Below are positions 12,101-22,958 of a DNA stretch of 64,000 bases, in pieces. The stretch's first letter is position 1; the number at the start of each line of letters is the position of its first letter. The notes under the pieces were generated by a model that had not been told where the DNA came from, did no database searches, and was given only the letters and a program-made list of their open reading frames with translations. Source of the DNA: Saccostrea cucullata (Eukaryota); the NCBI RefSeq assembly GCF_032062105.1, contig NW_026930981.1, positions 186,001 through 250,000 of the forward strand. Direction: 5' to 3'. A program made the translations under genes and the position numbers.

Positions 12101-13338
12101 TCAGATCTCATTGCAGCGTTCACTCCTTTAACACCTGTATCCAAAATCTTCACACAATAGTGCCCACTTGATGTAAATTCTAGCTCAATCGGTTGATTAA
12201 ACATGGATATTTTGTCATTTTTCAAGTCCAGAATGGCTCCTGCTTTCTTGAGTGATGGTTTGCTCAATAGGAGTGGAATATCAGCTTTCACAATCTCTGT
12301 GTCAATTTTACAATGAATGGTGCCTATCACAGCAGGTATAGAAGCACTTTGGAAAGAATACACAATTTTTCCATCCCCAAATTTGAATGCCCGATGACTT
12401 GGTGTGGTCGCAATCTTCTTGCCCATTTCTTCACAGAATCCGTTAAACCACTTCTCACCACATACTGTCCGAGTGCAAGCTGTATCTATTATTGCAGTTC
12501 CGGTTGATTCAAGGACAAAAATTTCATTTGCCGAGGGTTGTTCTTTGGTAAGAAGTGTCAGGTTACAATCCTCCACTGTGTCTGTATTGTGTTCCGTTAT
12601 TTTCACTGAATTCTTTTCCGGACAGTCCTTAGCCCAATGGAATACACTTTGACAGATTGCACATTTTGTTCGCTTTCCAAACTTATTCAAAGGATTTGTA
12701 CCTCGCTGTTTTCCTTTAGCGTCTGCACTGTATCCACCTTTTCTCTGTTGGGTATAGAAAATTGGCTCCTGTTTTACAGTTATACTTGTGCTTACATTAC
12801 TTTCTGTTCCAACACATTCCCCAAAGATCCTCTGAAGGGCCGATTTCATGGTTTTATATTTCAGATCACTAGCAGCTGTTAATGCAAGCTGTTTTTTCTC
12901 TGATGAAAGTCCTGCATTGTCTAAAAGTTTGAACGCTAAAACCGCTTCTGGAAGTGCCATCTCATACTTTTTGGCTTTATTGTAAAGTTTATCAAATTCA
13001 ATGATGTACTCTGACATTGACTTACTCTCTGATTTCCTAAAAGAGTCAAAGTTCTTATAAGCTTCATAGGCTTTGTCCTTATCATCACGTAAAAATACCT
13101 TGTCCAAGTGTTCCATCAACTTTTTCATACCGTCTTTGTCTGCAAGATCTTCTGCTGGAAGTTCCATCGCCGTTTCTCTTACGTTTCCGGTCAGAGAGAG
13201 TGAAACCGCTAACGCTTGCTTCTCCGCTTTGAGTTCTGTAACTAACCGCCATACTTCTACTTCATTCTTCCATGTTTCGTACGTCATGTTTTTCTGATCA
13301 AACATGGGTGGATTCTTAAAGTTGTTAGCCGTTGCCAT
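9127..13338 (-). CDS. Copia Gag-Pol polyprotein (~1400 aa, uninterrupted)
   Basis: Zn knuckle CAICQSVFHWAKDC; protease IIDTACTRTVCG; integrase HKQFGH..CDSC with DLH / SDNGGEF / IERHN; RT CVYGL and HVDDFLWGG; RNase H FSDSS and ADCLTK. First true ATG at 13338 (MATANN); the ORF track starts on a non-ATG codon at 13365. Confidence 0.95.
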   Translation of the reverse strand: MATANNFKNPPMFDQKNMTYETWKNEVEVWRLVTELKAEKQALAVSLSLTGNVRETAMELPAEDLADKDGMKKLMEHLDKVFLRDDKDKAYEAYKNFDSFRKSESKSMSEYIIEFDKLYNKAKKYEMALPEAVLAFKLLDNAGLSSEKKQLALTAASDLKYKTMKSALQRIFGECVGTESNVSTSITVKQEPIFYTQQRKGGYSADAKGKQRGTNPLNKFGKRTKCAICQSVFHWAKDCPEKNSVKITEHNTDTVEDCNLTLLTKEQPSANEIFVLESTGTAIIDTACTRTVCGEKWFNGFCEEMGKKIATTPSHRAFKFGDGKIVYSFQSASIPAVIGTIHCKIDTEIVKADIPLLLSKPSLKKAGAILDLKNDKISMFNQPIELEFTSSGHYCVKILDTGVKGVNAAMRSEEVLEVAQDLSPAEKEKILTKLHKQFGHASSERLAQLLRNAGTTDKETLNLLRTVCDSCDVCLINKRPSPRPVVGLPLATEFNEMVAVDLHELEHGTWYLHIIDEFTRFSAGSIMKSKKSSEFVQNFLKLWIAVYGPPKCLYSDNGGEFNNEEVRDMAENFNIEIKTTAAYSPWSNGLIERHNQTLTEILHKVKADNHCDWDTALSWALMAKNALNNVHGFSSHQLVFGSNPRLPSVLTDKVPALEGTTMSALVGKHIEALHSARTAFTKSECSERIRRALRKQVRPSGNTFKTGDKVYYKRPDSREWRGPGVVIGQDSAVVFVRHGGICVRVHQCRLTKVNTDRSESQSVPTDVQESQSQDEKEEKEQLDNHFESEDSACSEAEETDKNSRRNDFSDSIKISKDQIVQYKNADTGEKCVAKVLGRAGKATGTNRNWFNLKFMEPESQKDAEISVDLSKVQELETLETDVQGSEEDNDITQEDNVMVLTDVKFKEAKEKELDSWKTNNVYIERKDIGQKCISTRWICSLKDTTEGTIQKARLVARGFEEADKDDIPKDSPTCGSDSLRLVLAIISQRNWNLHTMDIKTAFLQGSEIEREIYVRPPPEANCSGIVWQLRKCVYGLSDASLNWYKRIKDVLSMSGVEVSKVDPAIFFWKNKERKVEGVLACHVDDFLWGGSSEFENTVIRQIRSTFYVGKEDHEENGSLPYVGIELSRHKETIQLSQKKYQNNLQFIPIDKNRLTDKELGLTLMEKEILQSKIGQILWIARQSRPDVIFDASNLASSLKKANVQMLVDANKIIKNIKSESVLLKFPKIGPENTVRLVVFSDSSLGNLPDGGSQGGHFIALAGENGQFSPLAWQSKRIRRVARSTLASETLAMAEAIDNGIFLASLYTELLYGKAEPKRLPIVCLTDCHSLKDAINSTKQVTEKRLRLEISSIRELMQQEQIQAVKWINSKEQLADCLTKKGASSLNLLKALQQSALESTSLKQ

Positions 13339-13365
13339 TATTTTGTGTTTCTTTGTTTCCTGCAC

Positions 13366-13377
13366 GCTCTGCTACCA
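13366..13377 (-). other. Primer binding site complementary to the 3' end of initiator tRNA-Met
   Basis: TGGTAGCAGAGC immediately after the 5' LTR ...TTTACA. Confidence 0.9.
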
Positions 13378-13447
13378 TGTAAACTTACTTGTAAATGTTC
13401 CTCTAGAACTTGGTGTTGCGGGTACCCGCCATTACTAACAGGAAGTG
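13378..13447 (-). repeat. Truncated 5' LTR (70 bp; U3-side half missing)
   Basis: Identity to the 3' LTR stops abruptly at CACTTCCTG (element orientation). Confidence 0.9.
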
Positions 13448-13930
13448 ATCAAGATTAAACTCATAGCAATAACCATGTTTTTAAAATTTAGCTTTAATAC
13501 CAATCAACTGCATTAATTACACTGATGAATCAAGATGGTTGAATAGCAAAGGGAGACAACTTATCTTAATCACTGAGTAAAAAAGGAACAAATTATAGTA
13601 AAAAAGCCCAGCCCTCAACTCAAGACACTCCAGAACCTCTTACTCTTGGGCAATGAATTTCAAAGCACCCTTTCTCATCACAACTATACACTTGCTAAAT
13701 TCTCAGAAGTGGGAATGAAGTTTTTCAAAGAATTGATCAATTTTCACTTTATAATCAATAAAGCGACACCCTAACTCCTGAACCCTGATAATTTAACAAT
13801 TTTGGAAGAAGCACTCTTGTTTGTCATAACTGTTATTAATCTGACCACTAAATACCCAGGGACAGATTAACAAGGATTTTTCCCTACATGATCATTAGAA
13901 CCTGCCTTAACTCCAGCGCCCCATACTCAA

Positions 13931-16825
13931 ACATAGGTAATCAGAGATTACAGAGCTCACCTCAACGAATGTTGTCTTTAAGTAAGGCAAAGTCATACAA
14001 TTAACCAAAAAAAAAAGTGTACATTCCAAAAATGAAAATATTTAAGCAATTTTGATCTGATACTTTGAAATAGACCTACATAAAAAATTTAAACTAGTTC
14101 TTCTTAATGAAAATGTAATCAAAATCCAGCATCTGAAGCAAATTTGAGATTTTCATCTCTTGATGCAACATTTGTGCAAGTTCGGTTTATACTATGTTAT
14201 ATGAGCCTTATAGGTTTTTGGTAATAGACCTGCAACCATAACTTTTACCTGGTCTATTATCTGAAAAATGTATGTCAAATTCAGCATCCGAAGCAAGTCC
14301 ATTAGTGTGCATCCTAAGATGTATCGTCCATGCAAGTTTGCTCATTATAGGGCTCATAGTTAATTGGAAATGAAACATGTATTAAAAACTAACATTTTCA
14401 GTCATCCACAAAAAGTAGGTCAGATTCAGCATCTGAAGCAAGCCTGGTAGTACGCATCCTTAGATGTATCATCCATGCAAGATTGGTCAACATAGGACTT
14501 ATAGTTACTCGGAAATGAAACCTGCACCAAAAACTTTAACCTGTTCACTCAACCAGAAAATGTAGGTCAGATTCAGCATCCGAAGCAAGCCCAGTAGTGT
14601 GCATCCTTAGATGTATCATCCATGCAAGTTTGGTCAACATAGGGCTTAAAGTTACTTGCAAATGAAACCTGCACCAAAAACTTTAACCTGTTCATTCAAC
14701 TGGAAAATGTAGGTCAGATGCAGCATCCGAAGCAAGCCCGGTAATATTCATCCTTAGATGTATCATGCATGCAAGTTTGGTCAACATAGGGCTTAAAGTT
14801 ACTTGCAAATGAAACCTGCACCAATAACTTTAACCTGTTCACTCAACTGGAAAATGTAGGTCAGATTCAGCATCCGAAGCAAGCCTGGTAGTATCCATCC
14901 TTAGATGTATCATCCATGCAAGTTTGGTCAACATAGGACTTATAGTTACTTGGAAATGAAACCTGCACCAAAAACTTTAACCTGTTCACTCAACCGGAAA
15001 ATGTAGGTCAGATTCAGCATCCGAAGCAAGTCGGTAATATGCATCCTTAGATGTATCATCCATGCAAGTTTGATCAACACAGGGCTTATAGTAACTTGGA
15101 AATGAAATCTACACCAAAAACTGCACCAAAAATGTTAACCTGCTCAAAAACATTAACCTGGTCATTCCTTTGCTGAAACTGCAGCATCTGAAACTTTGAA
15201 TGGTACAATGAAACACAGTAGAACCATCTTCCATGCATGTCTAATCAATATAGGACATAAAAGTACTTAAAAAGAAAACTGCTCCAAAAAACTTAACCTT
15301 AACCTGGGACGCCGACACGGACGCCGACGCCGAGGGTATTACATAAGCTCCCCCAACTTCGTTGAGGTGAGCTAAAAACATAGGTAATCAGAGATTACAG
15401 AGCTCACCTCAACGAATGTTGTCTTTAAGTAAGGCAAAGTCACACAATTAACCAAAAAAAAAGTGTACATTCCAAAAATGAAAATATTTAAGCAATTTTG
15501 ATCTGATACTTTGAAATAGACCTACATAAAAAATTTAAACTAGTTCTTCTTAATGAAAATGTAATCAAAATCCAGCATCTGAAGCAAATTTGAGATTTTC
15601 ATCTCTTGATGCAACATTTGTGCAAGTTCGGTTTATACTGTTATATGAGCCTTATAGGTTTTTGGTAATAGACCTGCAACCATAACTTTTACCTGGTCTA
15701 TTATCTGAAAAATGTATGTCAAATTCAGCATCCGAAGCAAGTCCATTAGTGTGCATCCTAAGATGTATCGTCCATGCAAGTTTGCTCATTATAGGGCTCA
15801 TAGTTAATTGGAAATGAAACATGTATTAAAAACTAACATTTTCAGTCATCCACAAAAAGTAGGTCAGATTCAGCATCTGAAGCAAGCCTGGTAGTACGCA
15901 TCCTTAGATGTATCATCCATGCAAGATTGGTCAACATAGGACTTATAGTTACTCGGAAATGAAACCTGCACCAAAAACTTTAACCTGTTCACTCAACCAG
16001 AAAATGTAGGTCAGATTCAGCATCCGAAGCAAGCCCAGTAGTGTGCATCCTTAGATGTATCATCCATGCAAGTTTGGTCAACATAGGGCTTAAAGTTACT
16101 TGCAAATGAAACCTGCACCAAAAACTTTAACCTGTTCATTCAACTGGAAAATGTAGGTCAGATGCAGCATCCGAAGCAAGCCCGGTAATATTCATCCTTA
16201 GATGTATCATGCATGCAAGTTTGGTCAACATAGGGCTTAAAGTTACTTGCAAATGAAACCTGCACCAATAACTTTAACCTGTTCACTCAACTGGAAAATG
16301 TAGGTCAGATTCAGCATCCGAAGCAAGCCTGGTAGTATCCATCCTTAGATGTATCATCCATGCAAGTTTGGTCAACATAGGACTTATAGTTACTTGGAAA
16401 TGAAACCTGCACCAAAAACTTTAACCTGTTCACTCAACCGGAAAATGTAGGTCAGATTCAGCATCCGAAGCAAGCCCGGTAATATGCATCCTTAGATGTA
16501 TCATCCATGCAAGTTTGGTCAACACAGGGCTTATAGTAACTTGGAAATGAAATCTACACCAAAAACTGCACCAAAAATGTTAACCTGCTCCAAAAACATT
16601 AACCTGGTCATTCCTTTGCTGAAACTGCAGCATCTGAAACTTTGAATGGTACAATGAAACACAGTAGAACCATCTTCCATGCATGTCTAATCAATATAGG
16701 ACATAAAAGTACTTAAAAAGAAAACTGCTCCAAAAAACTTAACCTTAACCTGGGACGCCGACGCCGACACGGACGCCGACGCCGAGGGTATTACATAAGC
16801 TCCCCCAACTTCGTTGAGGTGAGCT
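13931..16825 (+). mobile_element. Head-to-tail dimer of a ~1.45-kb HINE with internal 147-bp tandem repeats
   Basis: Units start ACATAGGTAATCAGAGATTAC at 13931 and 15378. Subterminal inverted repeats AGCTCACCTCAACGAA / TTCGTTGAGGTGAGCT; GACGCC microsatellite; AATGAAA recurs at 14514, 14661, 14808. Confidence 0.88.
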
Positions 16826-18139
16826 AAAAAGCTATGAATTTCACAAGATTTTGATGATGCACCCTTCTTCATTATAATTTTGTTCCAAGTTAAATGGTTT
16901 CTTAATTCCCAGGAGCAAAAATGATTTTTTAAAGAATTAATGTTTTTACTATATAATCAGTATATAGACCCCACTGAACACCAGAATCCCATACCAAGTT
17001 GCAATAGTAAGGTCAAGGTGATACCTGGATACATGGTCAAGGTCATAGAATTATGACACAGTTGAGTTAAATACCTTAAACCAATTTATATCCACATATG
17101 AGCTTTGATAAAAATACCTTAGATACTTTGAAACTAAGCAAAACACAAAATATGCAATTGTGGAGAAACACAGCTGAGAAGTTTTCAATATCGATTTTCC
17201 AGTATTTGAAATTTAGTTAAATCTTTAGAAGGAGGGATTGTAGACTGGGACTAGAACAATATGACAAACAATATGTATTCATGGCTGAGCAGAAGAATTA
17301 CCCAATTTATTTGTGTCTTCCTTCATTATAAATCAGATTTTCTTCTCATTTGTCTTTAATTGAAGGAAAATTTTTCATAGACTAGACAAAAAAGCACATA
17401 AAAGACTTGATTTTTCATCAATTCATTTTATGCTATTCATCACTGTGTTTATGAAAACACATGAATAATGGAGATAATGAATAGAATAGATCATTTCTTC
17501 ACAAAACAGTTGTAGCATCAAATTGTCCGCTAACTTGGTAAAATTATAGGACCATTAATTGACATATTAAGAAAATCACCTTTTTCTAAATCCAACAAAA
17601 TTATTTCCCAGTGGCTGAGTTAGACACCCAGTAAGAAAAAAGTCCTGGGGACGAGAATTAACGAGTAATCTGCGTAAAAAGTGTCCCCATTCTGTGACAT
17701 CCTGGATAACGTGTCCCATCAGCTTCAGGGACAACATTTACCTCGGTAAACTCAGCATCAACACCAGATTTAATGTGTCCCCTGGCCATGGAAGCTGCCA
17801 TAATCATTTAAACATTCCCATGTAATGGATTTGTGACCAAAGAGCAATTTATCTCTTTAACAGAAATACCATAGATCACAATGTTTTATGGAGTATACCT
17901 GACAATACAAACAATTATTTCATGTCCTTGTTTCGTCTCCTTCGAAGCAGAGAAAACATCTTTGTCAGTTTGTCTGTCTGTTTGTCACAATCCATAGACA
18001 GCCAAACAGACAGACAAAGGGATCTCACATATATACACATCTATTAATTGGAACAAGAATATTTACCTTGTGATCTTGAACTTGACCTTTGACCTCTTTA
18101 AAAAAAAGTACTGCATGACCTTAACCCTAACACTGCTCC

Positions 18140-18530
18140 ATCAGAACAGAGGGTTGTGGGTTCAAACCCAAACCGCAACTTAAGGGGGCTGGAGGTTGTG
18201 GCCATTTTTAGATTATATTTATCTCCTTTAGAAGAAGAGCTCCAGATGAAGATTTAGAAAATGATTAAATTTTAAAACTAAAATTTTTGAAATTTTTCTT
18301 TGCCAAACCGCAACTGACTTAAATCAATAGGTAGCAACTGTTTCTTTTCCAAGTGCTTAACACTTTGAATAGAGAGTTTTGAGTTTTTTGAATTAGACCT
18401 AGCATATAAAGCTCCAAAACACAACAGGCATTGGGCCCCCGTTATTAAATTCCACCAATACGCCAGTATATGGTGACTTCTCTATACAAGTGAACAATTC
18501 TCAAATGAGACTCAAAACAACATACAATCC
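18140..18530 (+). mobile_element. Degenerate tRNA-derived SINE
   Basis: B-box-like GGTTCAAACCC; body is the reverse complement of the SINE at 43466; CAAT-like tail. Confidence 0.5.
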
Positions 18531-18925
18531 ATCACAAACAGACTCACACCCAGGTTGCTAATTCAGACATTTCCAGAAGCAGTTGGATCTGCAACCTAGA
18601 CTTTTTTTTTTAGGACAACCTGTTTTACTTATGTTTTAATTAAATGTGTTTCATTTATCAATATTTCTATCAAAAATGATAGAATGTTGGAATTTTTAAC
18701 CCTGTATTGAACTTTGAAAAATGAAACAATTTTACTGATGAATAATCTGTTCTCTGAGGTTTAAAGTAGTATATTACTGGCCTTCTGAAAACCTGATTTA
18801 ATTAATGTGTGCCTTTTTTTTTTTAAAAAAAAAGACCACTATAAACACACAATAAACTGAACACCTTCTTCTTCTATAAAATGATGCCCTGAACCAAAAA
18901 AGCAGTTATTTTCCTTGTCACTTAC

Positions 18926-19280
18926 CAATGGTGTATTTTGCTCCCTCCAGCCTCACTACACACTTTGCACGACTTCCGCCCGGAGAAATAGGACCCTCTT
19001 CCTGTTCCATCACTAAGGGAAGTAAGTCTGTTTGGTCCCAGGTTACTGTTGCATCATGGGAATGAGAGTACACCAAGTCCCTTTTGTTTGCATGCTCCAT
19101 GTAGGGCTGAGTGTTATCCAGACTGACAGTAGCCCGGAGTGGAAGTTTTTTAGAACCACATGCAGAAGTGGGATTTACTGAGGAGATCTTCCTCTCAAAC
19201 GATTCAATCCGACTCTGAACAGAATTTACCAGTTTACCATCACTGTTTTCAGCAAAAGGTTTAGGTTTAGATTTTGGCAT
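18926..19280 (-). CDS. PDE1: Probable alternative first coding exon of PDE1 (MPKSKPKP...RAKCVVRLEGAKYTI|G)
   Basis: 118 codons + 1 nt open from ATG; donor ATTG|GTAAGT at 18925; shares the terminal motif. Confidence 0.62.
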
Positions 19281-21234
19281 CTCAAAGGGTATTTAAATCT
19301 GGTTTTCAGTACTTTCTCCCTCAATCATGATATATTTCACATAAATCTCTTTAACAGAGAACAATAATTACAATCCAATGCTGCAAAAAGTTATCTCCAT
19401 TCCATTGCTGTTCCAGAAGTGCATATCAGAAGAGGCTTTATGTATTGTTACTTGACAAAATTGGAAATGAAAGCAGTTGCTAAGTTTCCACACAAATCAG
19501 ATACTCTGTAAATCCTGCAAATTTAATAAGACTTGTGATTTTCTGATGTGGATTACCATGGCTAAGGTTGCTGGTCTCAGCAATCTGTTGCTGCAGCAAG
19601 TTGCTAAACCATCAATTACGGAAGTACCAACTTTTTCACTGTCCCACACAAATGCAGTGTCACAATAATAATGCTGTAATCCTTAAAATAGATTTTCATT
19701 TAATCAATAGGGACAAAGCGAAGGGGACAAAATTATGAAGGAAGAGCTGCAATACAAGTAAACTTGATCCAGTCTTCTAGGGTATATATCCTCCACATGG
19801 ATCCATCACTCTCTGCCAGTCCACAAGAGAAAACATTTATTTATCCACATTTATAAAACACCTCTCCTTTTAATCTAACGTTAACCCCTTGTTCCTCCAG
19901 ATTTGCTGGTTATGAGTACCACAAATGAAATATACAATGGCTTTGACTACAGCTAATTTCATTCATTCCGCATCACCATTCAAAAAAAAAAAAGACCAAA
20001 AAAAATTGGCATCTGATATGAAATGAATGCTATTAATTACTGACACAATCTGTCTCTCTCATTATTAGTGGCCTCCCTGTCAAGTTATATATCACTGATA
20101 ATTAGTCGAGTGCGCCCAATATCAGAAAAGTCCTCATCTGAAATCAAAGCATTTTATTTGTATTGATTCTGCAGGTCTGCCAATCCTTAGTGACAAAATC
20201 TGACCGTAAGTGACACAAAATAATTTGTAAAATATCACTATGGCATCATCATTAAGGCCGTGTGTTCTCTAGAACATTCCCAGTTCCCACTTCTATTATT
20301 AAATGTCAGCACATCACATTGTAGTCCTGGAATATGCATCTGAAAATCTGATCACTCACTCATATCCGAATGCCAATACTTCTCTCTTAATGGAAGCATT
20401 TGGAGAAAACTGGTAGACTGAAGAATTTGTCAACAAAGATCAACCCAAAAAACATATCTGCATACAAAAACTGCTTATATATGCTAAGGAGGGTCTATAA
20501 ATGGCAAAAACCTAATAAGGTGACTTAACCAAAATAGTCAAGAACAATTCTTGCTGATGGGGGTCGCAGGTCTATGAGACTGGAGATATTTCACCATCGA
20601 TTTGGTTTTATGTAAAGATGATCTTATCTGCTTATTAAACAAACAAGCATTGGGTTAGGTTTTATTGACGGACAGCCTTAAATTCTGCATTCTGTTGCAC
20701 CAAGATGTTACTCTAAACTTTTGATCAAACTTTTCTTATTGATCTACGTAGGCCTGTGACGTTGACTCTTGTACAACATGCCGGGAAAACTGCACATTTA
20801 ATGACAGGTTTTAGAGGACTTTGTAAATAGCTTGTATCTTTAATGAACACCTGAAACAAAGTTACCCTGCTATGAAATCCGCTATGAATTTAACATTTTC
20901 TCATTCCTGTGGTCAAAAGCTTAAAAGTGGCTAAAAATGAAAATATAAAAAATTAATACAAATATATTTATAGAACCAAAAGAAGAGCTAAATGTGGAGA
21001 ACCTCAGTATGTATACCGATGAGCAAATGGACTAATGATCAAAAGTTTTTACTTGTATTTCAGCTTTACAGTAAAGCAAGAATTTTTTTTTATTTTGTAA
21101 GTGATGCATATCATGAAATTTTGCAATTATATTTTCCTAGTCAACATGTCCTAATCTATACTTTTAGTTTTTATTATCTGACTGTTTTCTGCAGAATAAC
21201 AGAAGGGACAACTTCCGTCTTTGTGACAGTTTAC

Positions 21235-21292
21235 CTACTCGTGACCTTGGGTGTCTGTATTTCCACAAGAAATGAGCAGTTGTCTTGCTCAT
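21235..21292 (-). CDS. Possible further phase-1 first exon (MSKTTAHFLWKYRHPRSRV|)
   Basis: ATG at 21292, donor GTAG|GTAAAC in phase 1; lacks the YTI motif. Confidence 0.25.
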
Positions 21293-22750
21293 GGACTATT
21301 CTATCAAGCCTTACAATGTCTTATTTATTCCCCATCGCTCAGTCTTCACCAGAACAATGGTAACAATTATACTCCGACATTCCGATTCAAGGACTTTCCT
21401 CCGTGGACGTGTCAGAATGATATCCGGTGTCTGTGTAGAGGACAAAGTTTGATCTCCGTAGAGATGTCTTCGTATTTATCATTTCTTGTATTAAAATGAA
21501 TTCTCACTGTACATCACGAGATCATGAGTTCACAGCGGGTCTCATAAAATTAAACAAAAAATAGATATTCCAGGAAATGGTCATTTTATACAAACATCCA
21601 TTATATATATATTATGACAGATTTGTGCATTTATTTATGCAAAATCAGAGATTTTCAATGAATGGAATATGCATATGCTGTACATATTGAAAAGGCATCA
21701 ACTGGAAGGGTGCTTGACTTTGAGGAAAAAAGAGGGTGGTGAGGGTATAGTGGACTCTAATTTGACACAAACAGAATGTTTAAGAAATGTAGAAAACTAT
21801 CTGTATTACCTATGACTAATGAATGCATCTTGTTCTCAGCAAACATGAGTTCCCTGACCCTTATGAGGGGGGCCCACCTTAAGTCTATAGTGTCGAATGT
21901 GAACATTGTGTCAGTCTAGGTGCTGGATTTGTACCAAAGATGAATTAAATAATGCCTCATGTACTTGGATCTTTCTCAATGACTGAGGTCATAGAGGCAC
22001 CTTTTTTAGTGTATTTTACTCATTTCGTTTGATTTATGGCATGGTAAGTTGTGAAAATTAATCCTGGCCTCAAAATGTTGTGATTAGTTTTTGTGCAAGA
22101 AAGGTCAAGCGAACACCGCAAACACCATGATCAAGTTATCAGCACATCACTTAGTCAATCAGTCTCACACAAATGTTTTATTGATCAATTAAAGACCCCC
22201 GATTATGGAAGAACGGCTCTGGTGCTTTATGTAATTTCCAAAACTTGATGGAATAGTAACTCCTGTCTTCAGATTCAATAAAGACGAATTATTGAATGGC
22301 GAAGGCTAATCGTTTATTCCGAGGGTCCTAATCTCTAGACAACAGTGAAACATCAAATCGGGCTTTTCGTTAACTTCAAATTAATTGGTCACTTAATTTA
22401 TACAGACATCAATTGAACAATTTTCAGGCCATAGATGCAAGATGAGAAATCAATAATTATCTGGCTCACAATTTGTTGAAATGTTACCTAGTAAACTTAT
22501 TCCTGGTCCATAGTGTCTTCAAATTGTCCAGAAGTCTCTCAAAATAATTATTTGTGGAGAGAAAGGGTTTAGAAAAGCTGGTTTACATGATGAATGTAAA
22601 TAGTTTCTTTACGTGGCAATATTATTAAAATTATAGCTCTTTCAGCATCTATAGCCATAAAATTGTTCAACTGATGTCTGTTCAAATTAATAAATATAGA
22701 GGTCTGTCGAATCAGAGCTTACAAGTTAAACCTTCACAGGTTCCTGCCTA

Positions 22751-22958
22751 CTGTAGATCACTTAATTTTCGCGACACCTTATTTTTGCGAGATAGTCATT
22801 GACTCTTTATTAGCGAGACAAAATTTTCACGAATTGCTGTCATTGCTCTATATAATCTTACGGATTTCTATTATACGCGAGAATGAAATTTTCGCGAGCA
22901 TACCGTCTCGCGTAATTACGCCAAAATAAAGTTCTCGTGAATAAAAAGTGATTTACAG
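22751..22958. mobile_element. MITE with TA TSD, CGCGA-rich family
   Basis: TA|CTGTAGATCACT ... AGTGATTTACAG|TA; same family as 58274-58479 in the opposite orientation. Confidence 0.8.

Larger units (their letters stand above)
8865..13447 (-). mobile_element. Ty1/copia LTR retrotransposon, GalEa-like
   Basis: Single ORF with PR-INT-RT-RH order; PBS TGGTAGCAGAGC; PPT AAAAGAAGGGGAGTT; 139-bp TG...CA 3' LTR; 70-bp 5' LTR remnant identical to the corresponding part of the 3' LTR. Confidence 0.95.

Noticed and set aside
9339-13297. Many plus-strand ORFs of 60-120 aa
   Set aside because: Antisense shadows of the copia polyprotein; no independent motifs.
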